Shown one piece after another: positions 1 to 9,637 of a DNA stretch of 43,600 nt (the first letter of the stretch is position 1; each line of letters begins with the position of its first letter). The stretch covers positions 1-43,600 of the forward strand of contig JAOZFH010000006.1 of the NCBI GenBank assembly GCA_027491415.1, written 5' to 3'. The notes under the pieces are model-generated. The model ran no database searches and was not told the origin of the DNA. It saw only the letters and a program-made list of their open reading frames with translations. Origin of the DNA: Thermoproteota archaeon. GTDB taxonomy: Archaea; Korarchaeota; Korarchaeia; Korarchaeales; Korarchaeaceae. A program made the translations under genes and the position numbers.

Positions 1-1
1 T

Positions 2-1405
2 CCCGGGCTCCTGATACCGCTCGTCGATAGGGGAATGAGAGAAGAGAGGTCCGGCGGGTACGGCTTCCTCGGATACCTAAGCGTTGCGGTCCTATTGGCG
101 GCGCTTATCCTCACCCTGACTCTGGCATTGGAGCTGTCCTCCTTAGGCCAGAGGGTCTTCGCCTTCGAGGATACCCTGCTATTCAACAGGTACTCCGCTT
201 ACCTGGGGGTGCTGGTCTCTCTCGGAACCCTCCTGGTCGCCGTGGCCTCCATCCACGAAGTCAAGGGCTGGTCCACTGCCCCGAGCTTCTACTCGCTCAT
301 TCTGCTCACGCTGGCGGGAGTGCTGGCGATGCTGTTCGTCTCTGACATGGCGACCCTGCTGTCCGCCTGGACCCTCGTGGCGGTGGCCTCCTACGTCGTG
401 GTGGGCCTGAAGAAGGACGACCCGAGGTCTCTGGAGGGTGCGGCCAAGTACGGACTGATGGGCGCCGCCTCCTCCTCGCTTATGGTCCTGGGCATCGCGG
501 TCCTCGTTGGCCTCACGGGCACGAGTTTCCTGCCGGAGTCCATCAGGATCTCCGGGTTTCAGATGAGCCTGATACTCGTGACCCTGATAGTGCTCGTCGC
601 CTCCTTCGGCTTCAAGCTGGGGATATTCCCGTTCCACGCGTGGCTGCCCGATGTCTACGGGGGGGTTCACCCGCTGCTCGTCTCTTACATAGCTGGGGTC
701 GTCAAGATGGCCGCAATAGCTGGCATCCTGAGGATGGTGCTACCGCTGGTGGGCTCGACGGGACCCCAGAACTGGCTTCACGTGTTGGGCCTGCTGGCCG
801 TGCTGACTATGACCTACGGGAACATGGTAGCCCTTGTGCAGAAGAACGTGCAGAGGATGATGGCCTACAGCAGCATAGCTCACGCGGGCTACCTGCTCGT
901 GGGCTTCGCGGCCGTGGCAGATCCCCTCAGCAGGGTCACCGGGCTTCAGGGGGTGGCCCTCCACCTCACGACCTACGTCCTCGCGAAGGTCGGAGTCTTC
1001 GTAGGGCTCGCCTACCTGATACGGAGAGGCCTCGGCACGACGCTGGAGGACATGAGGGGCATAGGAAGGAGGATGCCGGCCCTGTCCCTGGGGATCGCTG
1101 TGCTGCTCCTGAGCCTCATGGGGATGCCGCCGCTCCTGGGATTCTGGAGCAAGTTCACCTACCTGTTCCTGTCGGTCGTTGACGCGGCCCCGTGGTTGAC
1201 CTTGATAGCCATCCTCAACAGCGGGATATCCGTCGGCTACTACGCCCAGGTCCTCCGGTACATGTTCTTCAAGGAGGGCGGAGGGGGAGCGCCGGCCGAG
1301 AGGGCTTCCGATCCGGAGGTCGTCGTGGTGGTTCTGACCGCGATCCTCAGCGTGGTGCTCGGCCTTGGCCTTGCTCAGCCCATAGCAGAGGCCTTTGGGC
1401 CCTGA
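2..1405 (+). CDS. nuoN: NADH-quinone oxidoreductase-like subunit N (proton-translocating membrane subunit), 5' partial
   Basis: Hydrophobic ORF with EGAAKY, FKLGIFPFHAWLPDVY, RMMAYSSIAHAGY and GMPPLLGFWSK motifs; the frame is open back to the window edge. Confidence 0.9.
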   Translation, partial: PGLLIPLVDRGMREERSGGYGFLGYLSVAVLLAALILTLTLALELSSLGQRVFAFEDTLLFNRYSAYLGVLVSLGTLLVAVASIHEVKGWSTAPSFYSLILLTLAGVLAMLFVSDMATLLSAWTLVAVASYVVVGLKKDDPRSLEGAAKYGLMGAASSSLMVLGIAVLVGLTGTSFLPESIRISGFQMSLILVTLIVLVASFGFKLGIFPFHAWLPDVYGGVHPLLVSYIAGVVKMAAIAGILRMVLPLVGSTGPQNWLHVLGLLAVLTMTYGNMVALVQKNVQRMMAYSSIAHAGYLLVGFAAVADPLSRVTGLQGVALHLTTYVLAKVGVFVGLAYLIRRGLGTTLEDMRGIGRRMPALSLGIAVLLLSLMGMPPLLGFWSKFTYLFLSVVDAAPWLTLIAILNSGISVGYYAQVLRYMFFKEGGGGAPAERASDPEVVVVVLTAILSVVLGLGLAQPIAEAFGP

Positions 1406-1425
1406 ACCTCCCCCCCACCTTTTTT
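1406..1425 (+). terminator. Pyrimidine tract (C-run then T7), candidate archaeal terminator
   Basis: acctcccccccacctttttttg directly after the nuoN stop and before a convergent gene. Confidence 0.55.
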
Positions 1426-1432
1426 GATCGCT

Positions 1433-2059
1433 TCACACGGGTCGGCGGTCGGTCGATCGGGCGGGTGTCGCCCGCCTGAGGGTCAGGTCCCGAACCTCAA
1501 TCCAGAAGAGCCGAGGCTTCACCCACATTTCGGCCCTGTATCTGAGCAGGATCTCCTCCTCCCCCACCTTGGAGACCCAGAATTCTATCTGCTTGATTGG
1601 ATGAGGCGCAGATATGCTGGAGGCCGGGAAGTACCTGTAGCCCTCCGCCTTTAGCTTGAAGTCTCCGAACTTGAACTTCTTCTTACCTAGCCTTTTCACG
1701 CGACCGACAGACCGGTCGAGCCCCTCCCTCTTCCGGTAGTATTCCTTGGTCGTGACGTCGTGATAGGCAACGAACGGCCCCAGGTAGTTCTCTAGGAGGG
1801 AGGCCGCCCTCTTGGGAGACGACACCTCCTCTCCCTCGACGACCGCCCTCGATACGGAACCGTCCGTGAGGACCCAGAATTTCCCCTCCCCCGCGTAGGA
1901 CGGCCTCAGGGCAAAGATCAGGCAGGCCTCCCCCTCACTCACCCGGCGATCTAGGACCTCGAACTCCCAGAAGCCAGATTCAAACTCCTCCCCGACCTCC
2001 ATCCTCATCAGGTCTATCTCCCGCGCGAGCCTGACCAGCTCTTGGGCGGCAGCACGCAT
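1433..2059 (-). CDS. Hypothetical protein
   Basis: Long ORF with normal codon use; ATG at 2059 chosen because a TTATAC box lies about 25 nt upstream; no family recognised. Confidence 0.6.
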   Translation of the reverse strand: MRAAAQELVRLAREIDLMRMEVGEEFESGFWEFEVLDRRVSEGEACLIFALRPSYAGEGKFWVLTDGSVSRAVVEGEEVSSPKRAASLLENYLGPFVAYHDVTTKEYYRKREGLDRSVGRVKRLGKKKFKFGDFKLKAEGYRYFPASSISAPHPIKQIEFWVSKVGEEEILLRYRAEMWVKPRLFWIEVRDLTLRRATPARSTDRRPV

Positions 2060-2187
2060 CGCGGCGGCCGGGGCGCGGTTGTGTATAACGGGCGCGCCCC
2101 CCAAGGCGGGCAGGTTATAATGAAATTTTCTGCGGTTGGCCACTCCACAGAAAAGGGATAAATGGAACCGGGGAGTCGCATCGCCAG

Positions 2188-2523
2188 GTGACGCGTGTGA
2201 CGAAGGTCGAGGTTAAGAGGGTTGGGGTGGCCTCCGTCTTCAAGATCTACCTGATCTTGGGCGTGATCTTGGGTATCATCTTAGGGCTTCTCCTAGTTCC
2301 GATTCTCTCGATAGCGCCCACAACGCCGGGAATTCGACCGGGCGGATATCCCACGGGTCTGCTGCCGTTGGGTGGGCTTGTGGGTGGCATACTCCTTGGG
2401 GTCGTCTACGGGATTGTCGCTGGCATCAGCGGGGCCATAGGGGCCGTCCTGTACAACCTTGCGGCCAAGGTGGTTGGGGGAATAGAGCTGGATCTCGAGG
2501 AGAAGACCGGGCTGGAGTACTGA
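2188..2523 (+). CDS. DUF3566-like two-helix membrane protein
   Basis: KRVGVASVFK N-terminus, two hydrophobic segments and YNLAAKVVGGIEL C-terminus. Confidence 0.7.
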   Translation: MTRVTKVEVKRVGVASVFKIYLILGVILGIILGLLLVPILSIAPTTPGIRPGGYPTGLLPLGGLVGGILLGVVYGIVAGISGAIGAVLYNLAAKVVGGIELDLEEKTGLEY

Positions 2524-2735
2524 CGGACCTCAGGGACGAGAGGACCTCCGCTGACGGACGGCTCAGGGGAGCTTTCAATGCTAGAGATACCGGGCGGAGT
2601 TCATCATAGAGCACGCGTTCAGGGAGAGGGAGGCCGCCCTGAGATCCATGCTTGACGAGGGGCTCGGCCAGTCTGCGCTGATAGGGTTTACCTGGCAAAA
2701 ATCCCGCGATCATCGCGTGCGAACCCGCGAAGGCC

Positions 2736-3260
2736 ATGAGCAGGAGGGGAGGGTCTTTCCCTGATCCGCCCGGGATGGAGAGGGTTCTGAGACGTACGTG
2801 GGCTTTGGAGGTCCCTATAAACGTCGCTGAGAGCCACGAGGTCGCCAGTTTCTTCGTGTTCGGCAGGGCCTTCACAGGACCTACTCCACGCCACCTGTCG
2901 AGAGCGCCGGAGCGCGCCTCGCCTTCAGTTGCATGGTGATATGCAAGAAAGACCTCTGCATCCCGGTCTCGCACTCCGAAAACCCGTCTCCCCTCGACGT
3001 TGGCGTGGATTTCGAGTACCGGATTGGGATCAACTTCTTCGACCTAAACCTGAGCGTGGCGGCGGCAGACTCCGACCTCTGGGACGACGGCCCAATTCAA
3101 CCCTCACGGTTCAGAGTCGTCGCGGGTTCGACGGCGGCTGGCTCAACCCGACGGGGTACGTGGTGGTTCTGGCCGGAGAGGTGGGCCGTCGGCAGGGGTG
3201 TGGGACGAGAACGGCGTATTCTCGTAGGGCAGGTCGTTCAGCGAGGGGGGTCAGGTCAGG
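2736..3260 (+). pseudogene. Possible degraded gene remnant
   Basis: Protein-like stretches continue across three + strand frames with switches near 2875 and 3095; no family recognised, ends uncertain. Confidence 0.3.
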
Positions 3261-3393
3261 ATTGCCGACTGGCCGAAACCCTCCCCACAAAGCCCAGATG
3301 GCCAGCCCCCCGCGCGGGGAGGCCCGAATCCCCCGGCCATGGCCGAAGAGCTCTCGTACCCTCAAGATCACCGTGGAAGAGCCCTCGGGGGAT

Positions 3394-3797
3394 TCAGGGC
3401 AGGGATCTCTCTGAGGTCTCTCTGATCTCCCTCCACAGTTTTTCCATCCTCCTGACGAACCTCTCCGAGTCCTCTATGAGTTCTTCAACCTCCTTCTCTG
3501 ACAGCGTGAAGGCCGACGCGTAATCTCCCTCCTCTCTTGCCTCTCTTAGGACGTTAAGCACCCTCGCGTACTCCCTCTCGAGCAGACCCCCCTCCACAAA
3601 TCTGAACCAGAGCCTGAAGGCGACCCCCGAGTGCGTGGTTGGCTCCTCTCCGACGAGGAGGAGAACCGCCCGCGCGACGCTGAATGCCGCATAATAGGCC
3701 CTACTCACGGCGTCCTCCAGCTCCCCGGCCTCAAGCAGCAGCTTGGCCGACCTAGCTTGGCCCTGGCCTTCCTGAGCAGGGCCTCAGCCTCCCTCAA
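3394..3797 (-). pseudogene. HEPN-domain protein with a 1-bp frameshift near 3753
   Basis: SRAYYAAF, TH.G and R...DY motifs; TTG at 3797 overlaps the MNT stop but is out of frame by one base. Confidence 0.75.
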
Positions 3798-4111
3798 GCC
3801 CTCCAAAGCACCTTTCCCTCCCTCCTCACCCTCCTCAGGAGGGCGGTCCTGCCGGACGAGTAGTCACCGACGGACGCGACGATCACCGTAACGGGCACGC
3901 CCGTCTCGGAAAACACGTTTGAGGAGATCCTTCGCGCCATGGGCCTGGCCCGCTCCACATCCCCAACCACTAGTAGGATGTCCACATCGCTGTCAGGCCG
4001 GTAGTCGCCCCTTGCTACGGAGCCGAACACGATCACCGCTCTGGCCCCCGGGATCTTTGATAGTTCGTCTCTGAGCTTCTTCAGAACGCCTCCCAACCTC
4101 AGCGAGAGCAT
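3794..4111 (-). CDS. Minimal nucleotidyltransferase (MNT) antitoxin
   Basis: VFGSVARGDYRPDSDVDILLV motif; directly upstream of the HEPN gene. Confidence 0.9.
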   Translation of the reverse strand: MLSLRLGGVLKKLRDELSKIPGARAVIVFGSVARGDYRPDSDVDILLVVGDVERARPMARRISSNVFSETGVPVTVIVASVGDYSSGRTALLRRVRREGKVLWRA

Positions 4112-4622
4112 CCATGCCCTCCTAACCCCTTCATCCCTAATAATGTTGGTCGGAGGGGATCCCCAACCCCGCATAGGTCATGGCCCAGCAAAATGCGCCC
4201 CCCAAGAGGCGCCTCTAAGAGATCCCACCGGCTGCAGGGGTGTCTTGGGACCGCTATCGTAGGAGCGAGGCCTGAGACCACACGGTATACAACTTACTTA
4301 GCACTGACCATCCATGTTTACCCACATAAGCTTCGAGAATTAATTAATCGCTCGATCTGGCAGATACGATGATATACGTCGTGCGTTAACAGCAGACTTA
4401 TACGAAAATTCCTGTGCTGAGACAGTAAGCTGCGCGGGAGGTGTCGGCTCCTGTTCCTATTGCTGCATTCGGGATGAGGGAGCTATCGGTGCTCTATTGT
4501 TCTCACCGGCGACCCCTTTAGTGGAGAGAGGGGGAAATTGAGGAGAGTAACGTCTCGCGCGTAGCGGTCCCCAGCAGAAGACCTGGTTCGGCGATCCCAC
4601 CGCCTGCTCTCGCATGTTATAC

Positions 4623-4647
4623 TTATATCCACACAATTTGTGTGGAT
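4623..4647 (+). promoter_or_regulatory. TATA box plus perfect palindrome, candidate vapBC operator
   Basis: TTATAT at 4623 overlapping ATCCACACAA-T-TTGTGTGGAT (4627-4647) just before the antitoxin start. Confidence 0.7.
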
Positions 4648-4651
4648 TCAC

Positions 4652-4927
4652 GTGCCCAACCTCACCGTATCCCTGCCGGAGGACCTGAGGAGGCGCATGA
4701 GGGCGCATCCCGAGATAAGGTGGAGCGAGGTCGTGAGGCGCGCGATAGAGGAGTACCTCGACCGACTCGAGCTCGTGGAAGAGGAACCCATCGTCTCCTT
4801 GGCTGATAGGGTGAGGGAGCTGGAAGGTTACGACCCCGAGGCCGACAAGCCTACCGCCGGCGAGAGGGATGTTGCCGACGACCTGGAGAGAGCGAGGGTG
4901 AATAGGCTTGAAGAACTCGAGCGATGA
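4652..4927 (+). CDS. vapB: Ribbon-helix-helix antitoxin (VapB-like)
   Basis: MPNLTVSLPEDL...IRWSEVVRRAIEEYL RHH pattern; overlaps the downstream PIN gene. Confidence 0.8.
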   Translation: MPNLTVSLPEDLRRRMRAHPEIRWSEVVRRAIEEYLDRLELVEEEPIVSLADRVRELEGYDPEADKPTAGERDVADDLERARVNRLEELER

Positions 4928-5264
4928 GCTCTATGACACCTCTGCCCTGATCTCAGCCTGCAAGAAGAGAAGTGAGGGACTGAGGGGGTACACCACGATA
5001 CTCAACGTGGTGGAGTACCCCCCAAGCCTCGCGCTAAGGGGCCTGAGGGTCATTTACCCCACCAGGGAGGACTACGAGCTGGCCATCCGGCTGCAGATCA
5101 GGCTCAGGAGAATCGGGAGAGCGGTCGGAGCCATAGATCTCTTGGTAGCGAGCGTCGCCGTCAGGCGGAGCCTGGAGGTGGTCACGAGTGACAGGGACTT
5201 CAAGGCAATAGCTGAAGTGGAGCCCAGGCTCAGGCTCAGGCCGATCGAAGACAAGAGATCCTGA
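4908..5264 (+). CDS. vapC: PIN-domain toxin (VapC family)
   Basis: LYDTSALI, AIDLLVAS and VTSDRDF motifs. Confidence 0.9.
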   Translation: MKNSSDELYDTSALISACKKRSEGLRGYTTILNVVEYPPSLALRGLRVIYPTREDYELAIRLQIRLRRIGRAVGAIDLLVASVAVRRSLEVVTSDRDFKAIAEVEPRLRLRPIEDKRS

Positions 5265-5360
5265 CCGCCCAGCCTGCCTGTGAGGAGGCTCCGTGTTCCA
5301 AAACCCACTCAGCCCCTGCCCACAAACAGAATAAAGAGGAGGTGTAGAGGAAGGTTAAGC

Positions 5361-7298
5361 CTACTCCCCCAGCCTCCCCAGGCTGGCCAGCTCCTCAGCC
5401 ACGTCGGTCAGACCCAGCTGTTCTAACTTGCTTCGCTTCGGCCACCCGGTCTCCCAGTCGAGCCCCCGATACTCGTAGTACTCCCTGAGCATCACCTCCA
5501 GCTCCACTACCTGTCCCTTGCCCGGGCCCTCGGGCATGGGCTCCTCCGTGAACCTCGGGTTGAGGGTGTCCGCCTCCTTGCCCACCCCCTCCCTAGCGTT
5601 GAAGGCCCTCCTGAGCATGTAGATCCTCTCCCCGGCCAGGGCGAGCCTCCTCTCGCTTCCGAGTTCCTCTATCCCCGTCAGGGCCTTCAGCCATGGGGCG
5701 AAGTCGTCGTAGTAGTAGATCATCGGCCACATGGCGCCGTACTTGCAGGTGATCATCGAGTCCACGATGGAGTAGAAGTTCTCGGTCAGCCAGGTGAGGT
5801 ATCCCTTGCCCGTCGGGTCCAGCCTGTCGTCTATCACCATCCTCTTGGCCTCCTCCTCGCCGAACCTCTCATAGGCGTACTTCACGGCCCAAGGCAGCTC
5901 GTCGTAGGTGCAGAGACCCCTGAGGTGGTCCGCACCCCTCACGTTGACGGCGTGGGCGAGGCCTATGGACTTGTGGCTCCTGCCGTCCTGCGCCGACGCC
6001 TCCAGCCCCTTAACGTGTATCACGTACCTCTCGGTGCCCTTCCCGATCTTCCTGGCCGCCCTGAGCGCGCCCTCGGCGAGGAGGTCTCCTATACCCTCCC
6101 TCCTGGCCATCTTGTGGAGGAGGTCGATGACCAGGTCGACGTCCCCCCACTTGGGCCTCAGGCCGCCTATGTCCTCCTCCGTCACGAGCCCCCTCTCGTA
6201 TACCTCCATGAGCCAAGAGATGATCTTCCCGGCCGTTATCACGTCCATGCCGTACTCGTTGCAGAGGTTGTTCGCGTGTATTATCGCCCCCAGGTCGCTG
6301 ATCATGACGTTGGTCCCCAGAGACACCAGGGCCTCGTACTCGGGCCCGCCGGTGAGCGTGCACGCGAACCTGCCGGAGTCGACGTGGTGGACGTACTTGC
6401 ACTGGAGGAAGCAGGAGAAGCACGACTTGTGGCTTATCCTGACGGCCTTAAGCGCCTCGCCGTTTATCTTCTCCGCCTCCGGGAAGACTCCGGTCCAGTG
6501 GTTCTTTGTGGGGAGCCTGCCGATGCTGTACATGACGTCGATGAGGTAGGGCGTTCCGTATCCCCTGATGGTGTCGTTCGCTATTTCCCTCCACTCTCCG
6601 GTGGTGGCCTTAGCGTATATGCGCTGGATGACCTCGTAGAACTCCTCGAAGTTGGCCACCTTAATGCCCCTGCTCCCCCTCACCGCCACGGCCTTCAGGT
6701 TCTTGGAGCCCATCACGGCCCCCATACCCGTCCTGCCTGCGGCGTCGTAGAAGTCCACCATGACGTTGGCGAACCTCACCAGCCTCTCCCCGGCGGGACC
6801 TATCACCGCCGACTGGACGCTGTCGTCCCCCACGTCCTCCCAGATCAGCTTGAAGGTCTCCCTCGTGGTCTTGCCCCACATGTGGCTGGCGTCCCTGATC
6901 TCCACGTGATCGTCATCTATCCACAGGTACACCGGCCTCTCGGCCCTGCCGGTGATGGCGATGAAGTCGTAGCCGGCGTACTTGATCTCGGGGGCCAGCT
7001 GTCCGCCTACGTGGGACTCGCCCCATATGCCGGTGAGGGGCGCCTTGGACGCTACCACCAGCCGACCGGTCGCGTGCCCGAGCGTGCCGGTCACCGGGCC
7101 GGTGCCGAAGAATATTACGTTCTCCGGACCGAGTGGATCTATCCCGGGAGTGAGGTGATCCCAGAGGTACCTGGCGGCGAACCCCGTGCCCCCGACGTAG
7201 TCCCTCATCCACGCCCTGGGGGTATCCCTCACCCTGTGCTTCCCCGTGGTGAGGTCGACCTCGAGGTACCTGCCCGCGTAGCCTCCGATACCCTCCAT
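5361..7298 (-). CDS. aor: Tungsten-containing aldehyde:ferredoxin oxidoreductase family, large subunit
   Basis: AAGRTGMGAVMGSKNLKAV, CxxC...C, GPEYE, NEYGMD, LAEG and RGADH motifs. Confidence 0.92.
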   Translation of the reverse strand: MEGIGGYAGRYLEVDLTTGKHRVRDTPRAWMRDYVGGTGFAARYLWDHLTPGIDPLGPENVIFFGTGPVTGTLGHATGRLVVASKAPLTGIWGESHVGGQLAPEIKYAGYDFIAITGRAERPVYLWIDDDHVEIRDASHMWGKTTRETFKLIWEDVGDDSVQSAVIGPAGERLVRFANVMVDFYDAAGRTGMGAVMGSKNLKAVAVRGSRGIKVANFEEFYEVIQRIYAKATTGEWREIANDTIRGYGTPYLIDVMYSIGRLPTKNHWTGVFPEAEKINGEALKAVRISHKSCFSCFLQCKYVHHVDSGRFACTLTGGPEYEALVSLGTNVMISDLGAIIHANNLCNEYGMDVITAGKIISWLMEVYERGLVTEEDIGGLRPKWGDVDLVIDLLHKMARREGIGDLLAEGALRAARKIGKGTERYVIHVKGLEASAQDGRSHKSIGLAHAVNVRGADHLRGLCTYDELPWAVKYAYERFGEEEAKRMVIDDRLDPTGKGYLTWLTENFYSIVDSMITCKYGAMWPMIYYYDDFAPWLKALTGIEELGSERRLALAGERIYMLRRAFNAREGVGKEADTLNPRFTEEPMPEGPGKGQVVELEVMLREYYEYRGLDWETGWPKRSKLEQLGLTDVAEELASLGRLGE

Positions 7299-7299
7299 C

Positions 7300-7800
7300 T
7301 CACACCACCCTGGGGAGGGCGAGCTCCAGCAGCTTCGGGATCCTCTCCAGGCTCTTCTTGCGCCTCATGAGGTTGGCCACCGTGACCGGGACGTAGTGGA
7401 GAATCTCCTCGGGGCAGAACCTGACGCACTGCGGATCTCCTCCGCAGAGGTCGCACTTGATGACCTTGTTCGACACGGGGTCGACCACTATGCCGCCGAA
7501 CGGGCACACGGACACGCAGGTCTTGCACCCGATGCACAGGTCGTAGTTCAGCGTAACAAGGCCGGAGTCCCTGTCCTTCTGCAGGGCCCCCGTTGGACAG
7601 GAGGCGACGCACGGCGCGTCCTCACACTGCACGCAGAACACCGGGACGTTGACTCCCCTCTCCGGGTCCCTGAGGACCGCTATCCTCGACCTCTTAGGGT
7701 TGAACTCCCTCTCGTGCCAGAGGGCGCAGGCCAGCTCACAGGTCCTGCACCCGGTGCACCTCTCGAAGTCGGCAACCAGCATCATCCTGGGGGCAGCCAA
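7300..7800 (-). CDS. 4x[4Fe-4S] electron-transfer subunit (DmsB/HydN-like), partner of the oxidoreductase
   Basis: CTGCRTCELAC, CVQCEDAPCVASCP, CIGCKTCVSVCP and KCDLC..C..CP; stop 1 nt before the large-subunit start; start codon uncertain. Confidence 0.9.
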   Translation of the reverse strand: MAAPRMMLVADFERCTGCRTCELACALWHEREFNPKRSRIAVLRDPERGVNVPVFCVQCEDAPCVASCPTGALQKDRDSGLVTLNYDLCIGCKTCVSVCPFGGIVVDPVSNKVIKCDLCGGDPQCVRFCPEEILHYVPVTVANLMRRKKSLERIPKLLELALPRVV

Positions 7801-8003
7801 TTCGGATCGCCCGCCGCCGCCCATAGGCGAACGTAAAAATCGTTGGCTTAGCAACTCTAACCCGGCTGGGGCATTGAGCGGATTGACTTGGGGACCTCCC
7901 CGCCGCCGGGACGGTCACCCAGAACCCGGGGTCGAGAATCGAACCCCCGGGAGCGCGAAACTCTTATTTGGCCCACCTATATCGCGCGTGAAGAGGTGAT
8001 CGG

Positions 8004-8300
8004 GTGGCCGCGGGCGAGGGAACGAGGGTCAGGTTCAGGTTCTACCTGACCGCCAGGGAGGTGATAGGGTCAAGGGAGCTGGACGTTGAGGTCCCCGGAG
8101 ACACCCTGGCGGATGCCATCAGGGAGCTCAGGGGGAGGCTGGGGGCCAAGGCGTCCGTCCTATTCGACGGCGACGGCAACCTGAAGAGTCACTACTCAAT
8201 CCTAATAGGGGGCAACCTGGTCCGGCCCCGCCAGTGGGGGGAGGTCAAGCTCCGGAGGGGCATGGTAATAGACGTGATACCCCCGGTCGGCGGCGGCTGA
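8004..8300 (+). CDS. MoaD/ThiS/SAMP ubiquitin-like sulfur carrier
   Basis: About 98 aa beta-grasp pattern ending PPVGGG; GAGGTGA SD upstream. Confidence 0.88.
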   Translation: MAAGEGTRVRFRFYLTAREVIGSRELDVEVPGDTLADAIRELRGRLGAKASVLFDGDGNLKSHYSILIGGNLVRPRQWGEVKLRRGMVIDVIPPVGGG

Positions 8301-8331
8301 GGGGAACTCGCGGCTCAGGAGGCGCGCGGGA

Positions 8332-9615
8332 TTGAGGCTAGAGTCTGTCGACGTGTTGGTCGTGGGAGGGGGGCCCGCGGGGGTTGCCGCGGCCGTCTCG
8401 GCCAAGGGGAGGTCGCCCGACGCCAGGGTCGCCCTGGTCTCCTCTGAGCCGACCCACTACATGAGGCCCGCGGTCACCGCCCTGATCGAAGACCCGAGTC
8501 TGGGTGAAGATCAGATAACCTCCTTCGACCCCGTGAAGCTCCTCGAATTCGGGGTAGAGCCGTTTACCCGCGCCAAGGTCCTTGAGGTCGACTCTGACGG
8601 GGCGAGGGCGAGGGGGCCCTGGGGGGAGGTCGCCTTCGAGTTCTCCTCGCTTGTCTTGGCGACGGGCGGGAAGCCCTTCGTCCCACCCGTGGAGGGAGCA
8701 GGGCTTGACGGAGTCACGTCGGTTCGCACGATAAGAGAGGCCAGGAGACTGGCGTCAAAGATCTCCCCCGGGATCAGGCTGGTCGTGGTCGGCGCCGGCC
8801 TCGCCGGCGTCAAGCTCGCCCTGGCATCCCACTCTCGGGGGGCGGACGTGACGATCGTCGAGATGAAGAACGTCCTGTGGACCGTCTTGGACCCGCCGCT
8901 CTCCGACTTGGCCGGGCAGATCGTCAGGGGCGCCGGGGTTAAGGTCATCGAGGGTAGGGCCGTGGAGAGGATACTCGGCGAGAACGGCAGGGTCTCGGGA
9001 GTTGAGGCCGGCGGCGCGAGGGTAGAGGCGGATCTAGTCATATTCGCCACGGGAGTGAGGCCAAACTCCCGCCTGGCCGAGGAGATGGGCCTAGAACTGG
9101 GGGTGAGGGGCGCCGTCCGGACGGACGAGCGCATGGCCACGTCGAGGGAGGGGGTCTGGGCGGCCGGGGACTGCGCCGAGACCATCGACTTGGTCACGGG
9201 AAAGAGGACGTACAGGCCCATAGGCAGCCTAGCCTACCTCGGCGGGAGGATAGCTGGAGTAAACTCCGTGGGGGGGAGGGCTAGGTACGCTGGGTTCATC
9301 AGGAGGCAGGCGGAAGACGTGAAGGGGATTCACCTGGCGTCCTTGGGACTGACTGGGGCTGAGGCGTCGGCTCTTGGGGTTCCCCACGAGCCCGTGGAGC
9401 TGAAGCCTTCTAGAGGACCGCCGTCCCTCCCGTGGTGGCTTCACAGGTCGGCTGGAAGGGCCCTGGCCCTGGTCGAGAAGGGAACCGACAGGCTCATCGG
9501 CTTCCAGGCCCTCGGGCTTCCGCTGTCTAGGAGGAAGTCCTACGCCATCGTCAGGCTGATAGCCACGAGGGCTAGCGTCTCAGAGCTTGAACTACTGGGC
9601 TACTCGCCGAGCTGA
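8332..9615 (+). CDS. FAD-dependent NAD(P)H oxidoreductase (pyridine nucleotide-disulfide family)
   Basis: GGGPAG, LATG, VGAGLAG, ATGVRPN and WAAGDC motifs; HYMRP where NADH oxidases carry the redox Cys. Confidence 0.85.
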   Translation: MRLESVDVLVVGGGPAGVAAAVSAKGRSPDARVALVSSEPTHYMRPAVTALIEDPSLGEDQITSFDPVKLLEFGVEPFTRAKVLEVDSDGARARGPWGEVAFEFSSLVLATGGKPFVPPVEGAGLDGVTSVRTIREARRLASKISPGIRLVVVGAGLAGVKLALASHSRGADVTIVEMKNVLWTVLDPPLSDLAGQIVRGAGVKVIEGRAVERILGENGRVSGVEAGGARVEADLVIFATGVRPNSRLAEEMGLELGVRGAVRTDERMATSREGVWAAGDCAETIDLVTGKRTYRPIGSLAYLGGRIAGVNSVGGRARYAGFIRRQAEDVKGIHLASLGLTGAEASALGVPHEPVELKPSRGPPSLPWWLHRSAGRALALVEKGTDRLIGFQALGLPLSRRKSYAIVRLIATRASVSELELLGYSPS

Positions 9616-9637
9616 CTCGGCCGACCTGTGCGGGATG

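Noticed and set aside
2094-4206. 12-bp direct repeat GCGCCCCCCAAG at 2094 and 4195 flanking the HEPN-MNT patch
   Set aside because: A GC-rich 12-mer match is expected by chance at this length and composition, and no recombinase is present
4281-4620. AT-rich non-coding stretch as a replication origin or CRISPR leader
   Set aside because: No repeated ORB-like boxes, no cdc6/orc1 gene and no repeat-spacer array nearby
7925-7951. GGTTCGATTC tRNA T-loop-like sequence on the minus strand inside a CCCGGGG/CCCCGGG inverted repeat
   Set aside because: No 5-bp T stem, D arm or anticodon arm can be built; at most a promoter-region hairpin
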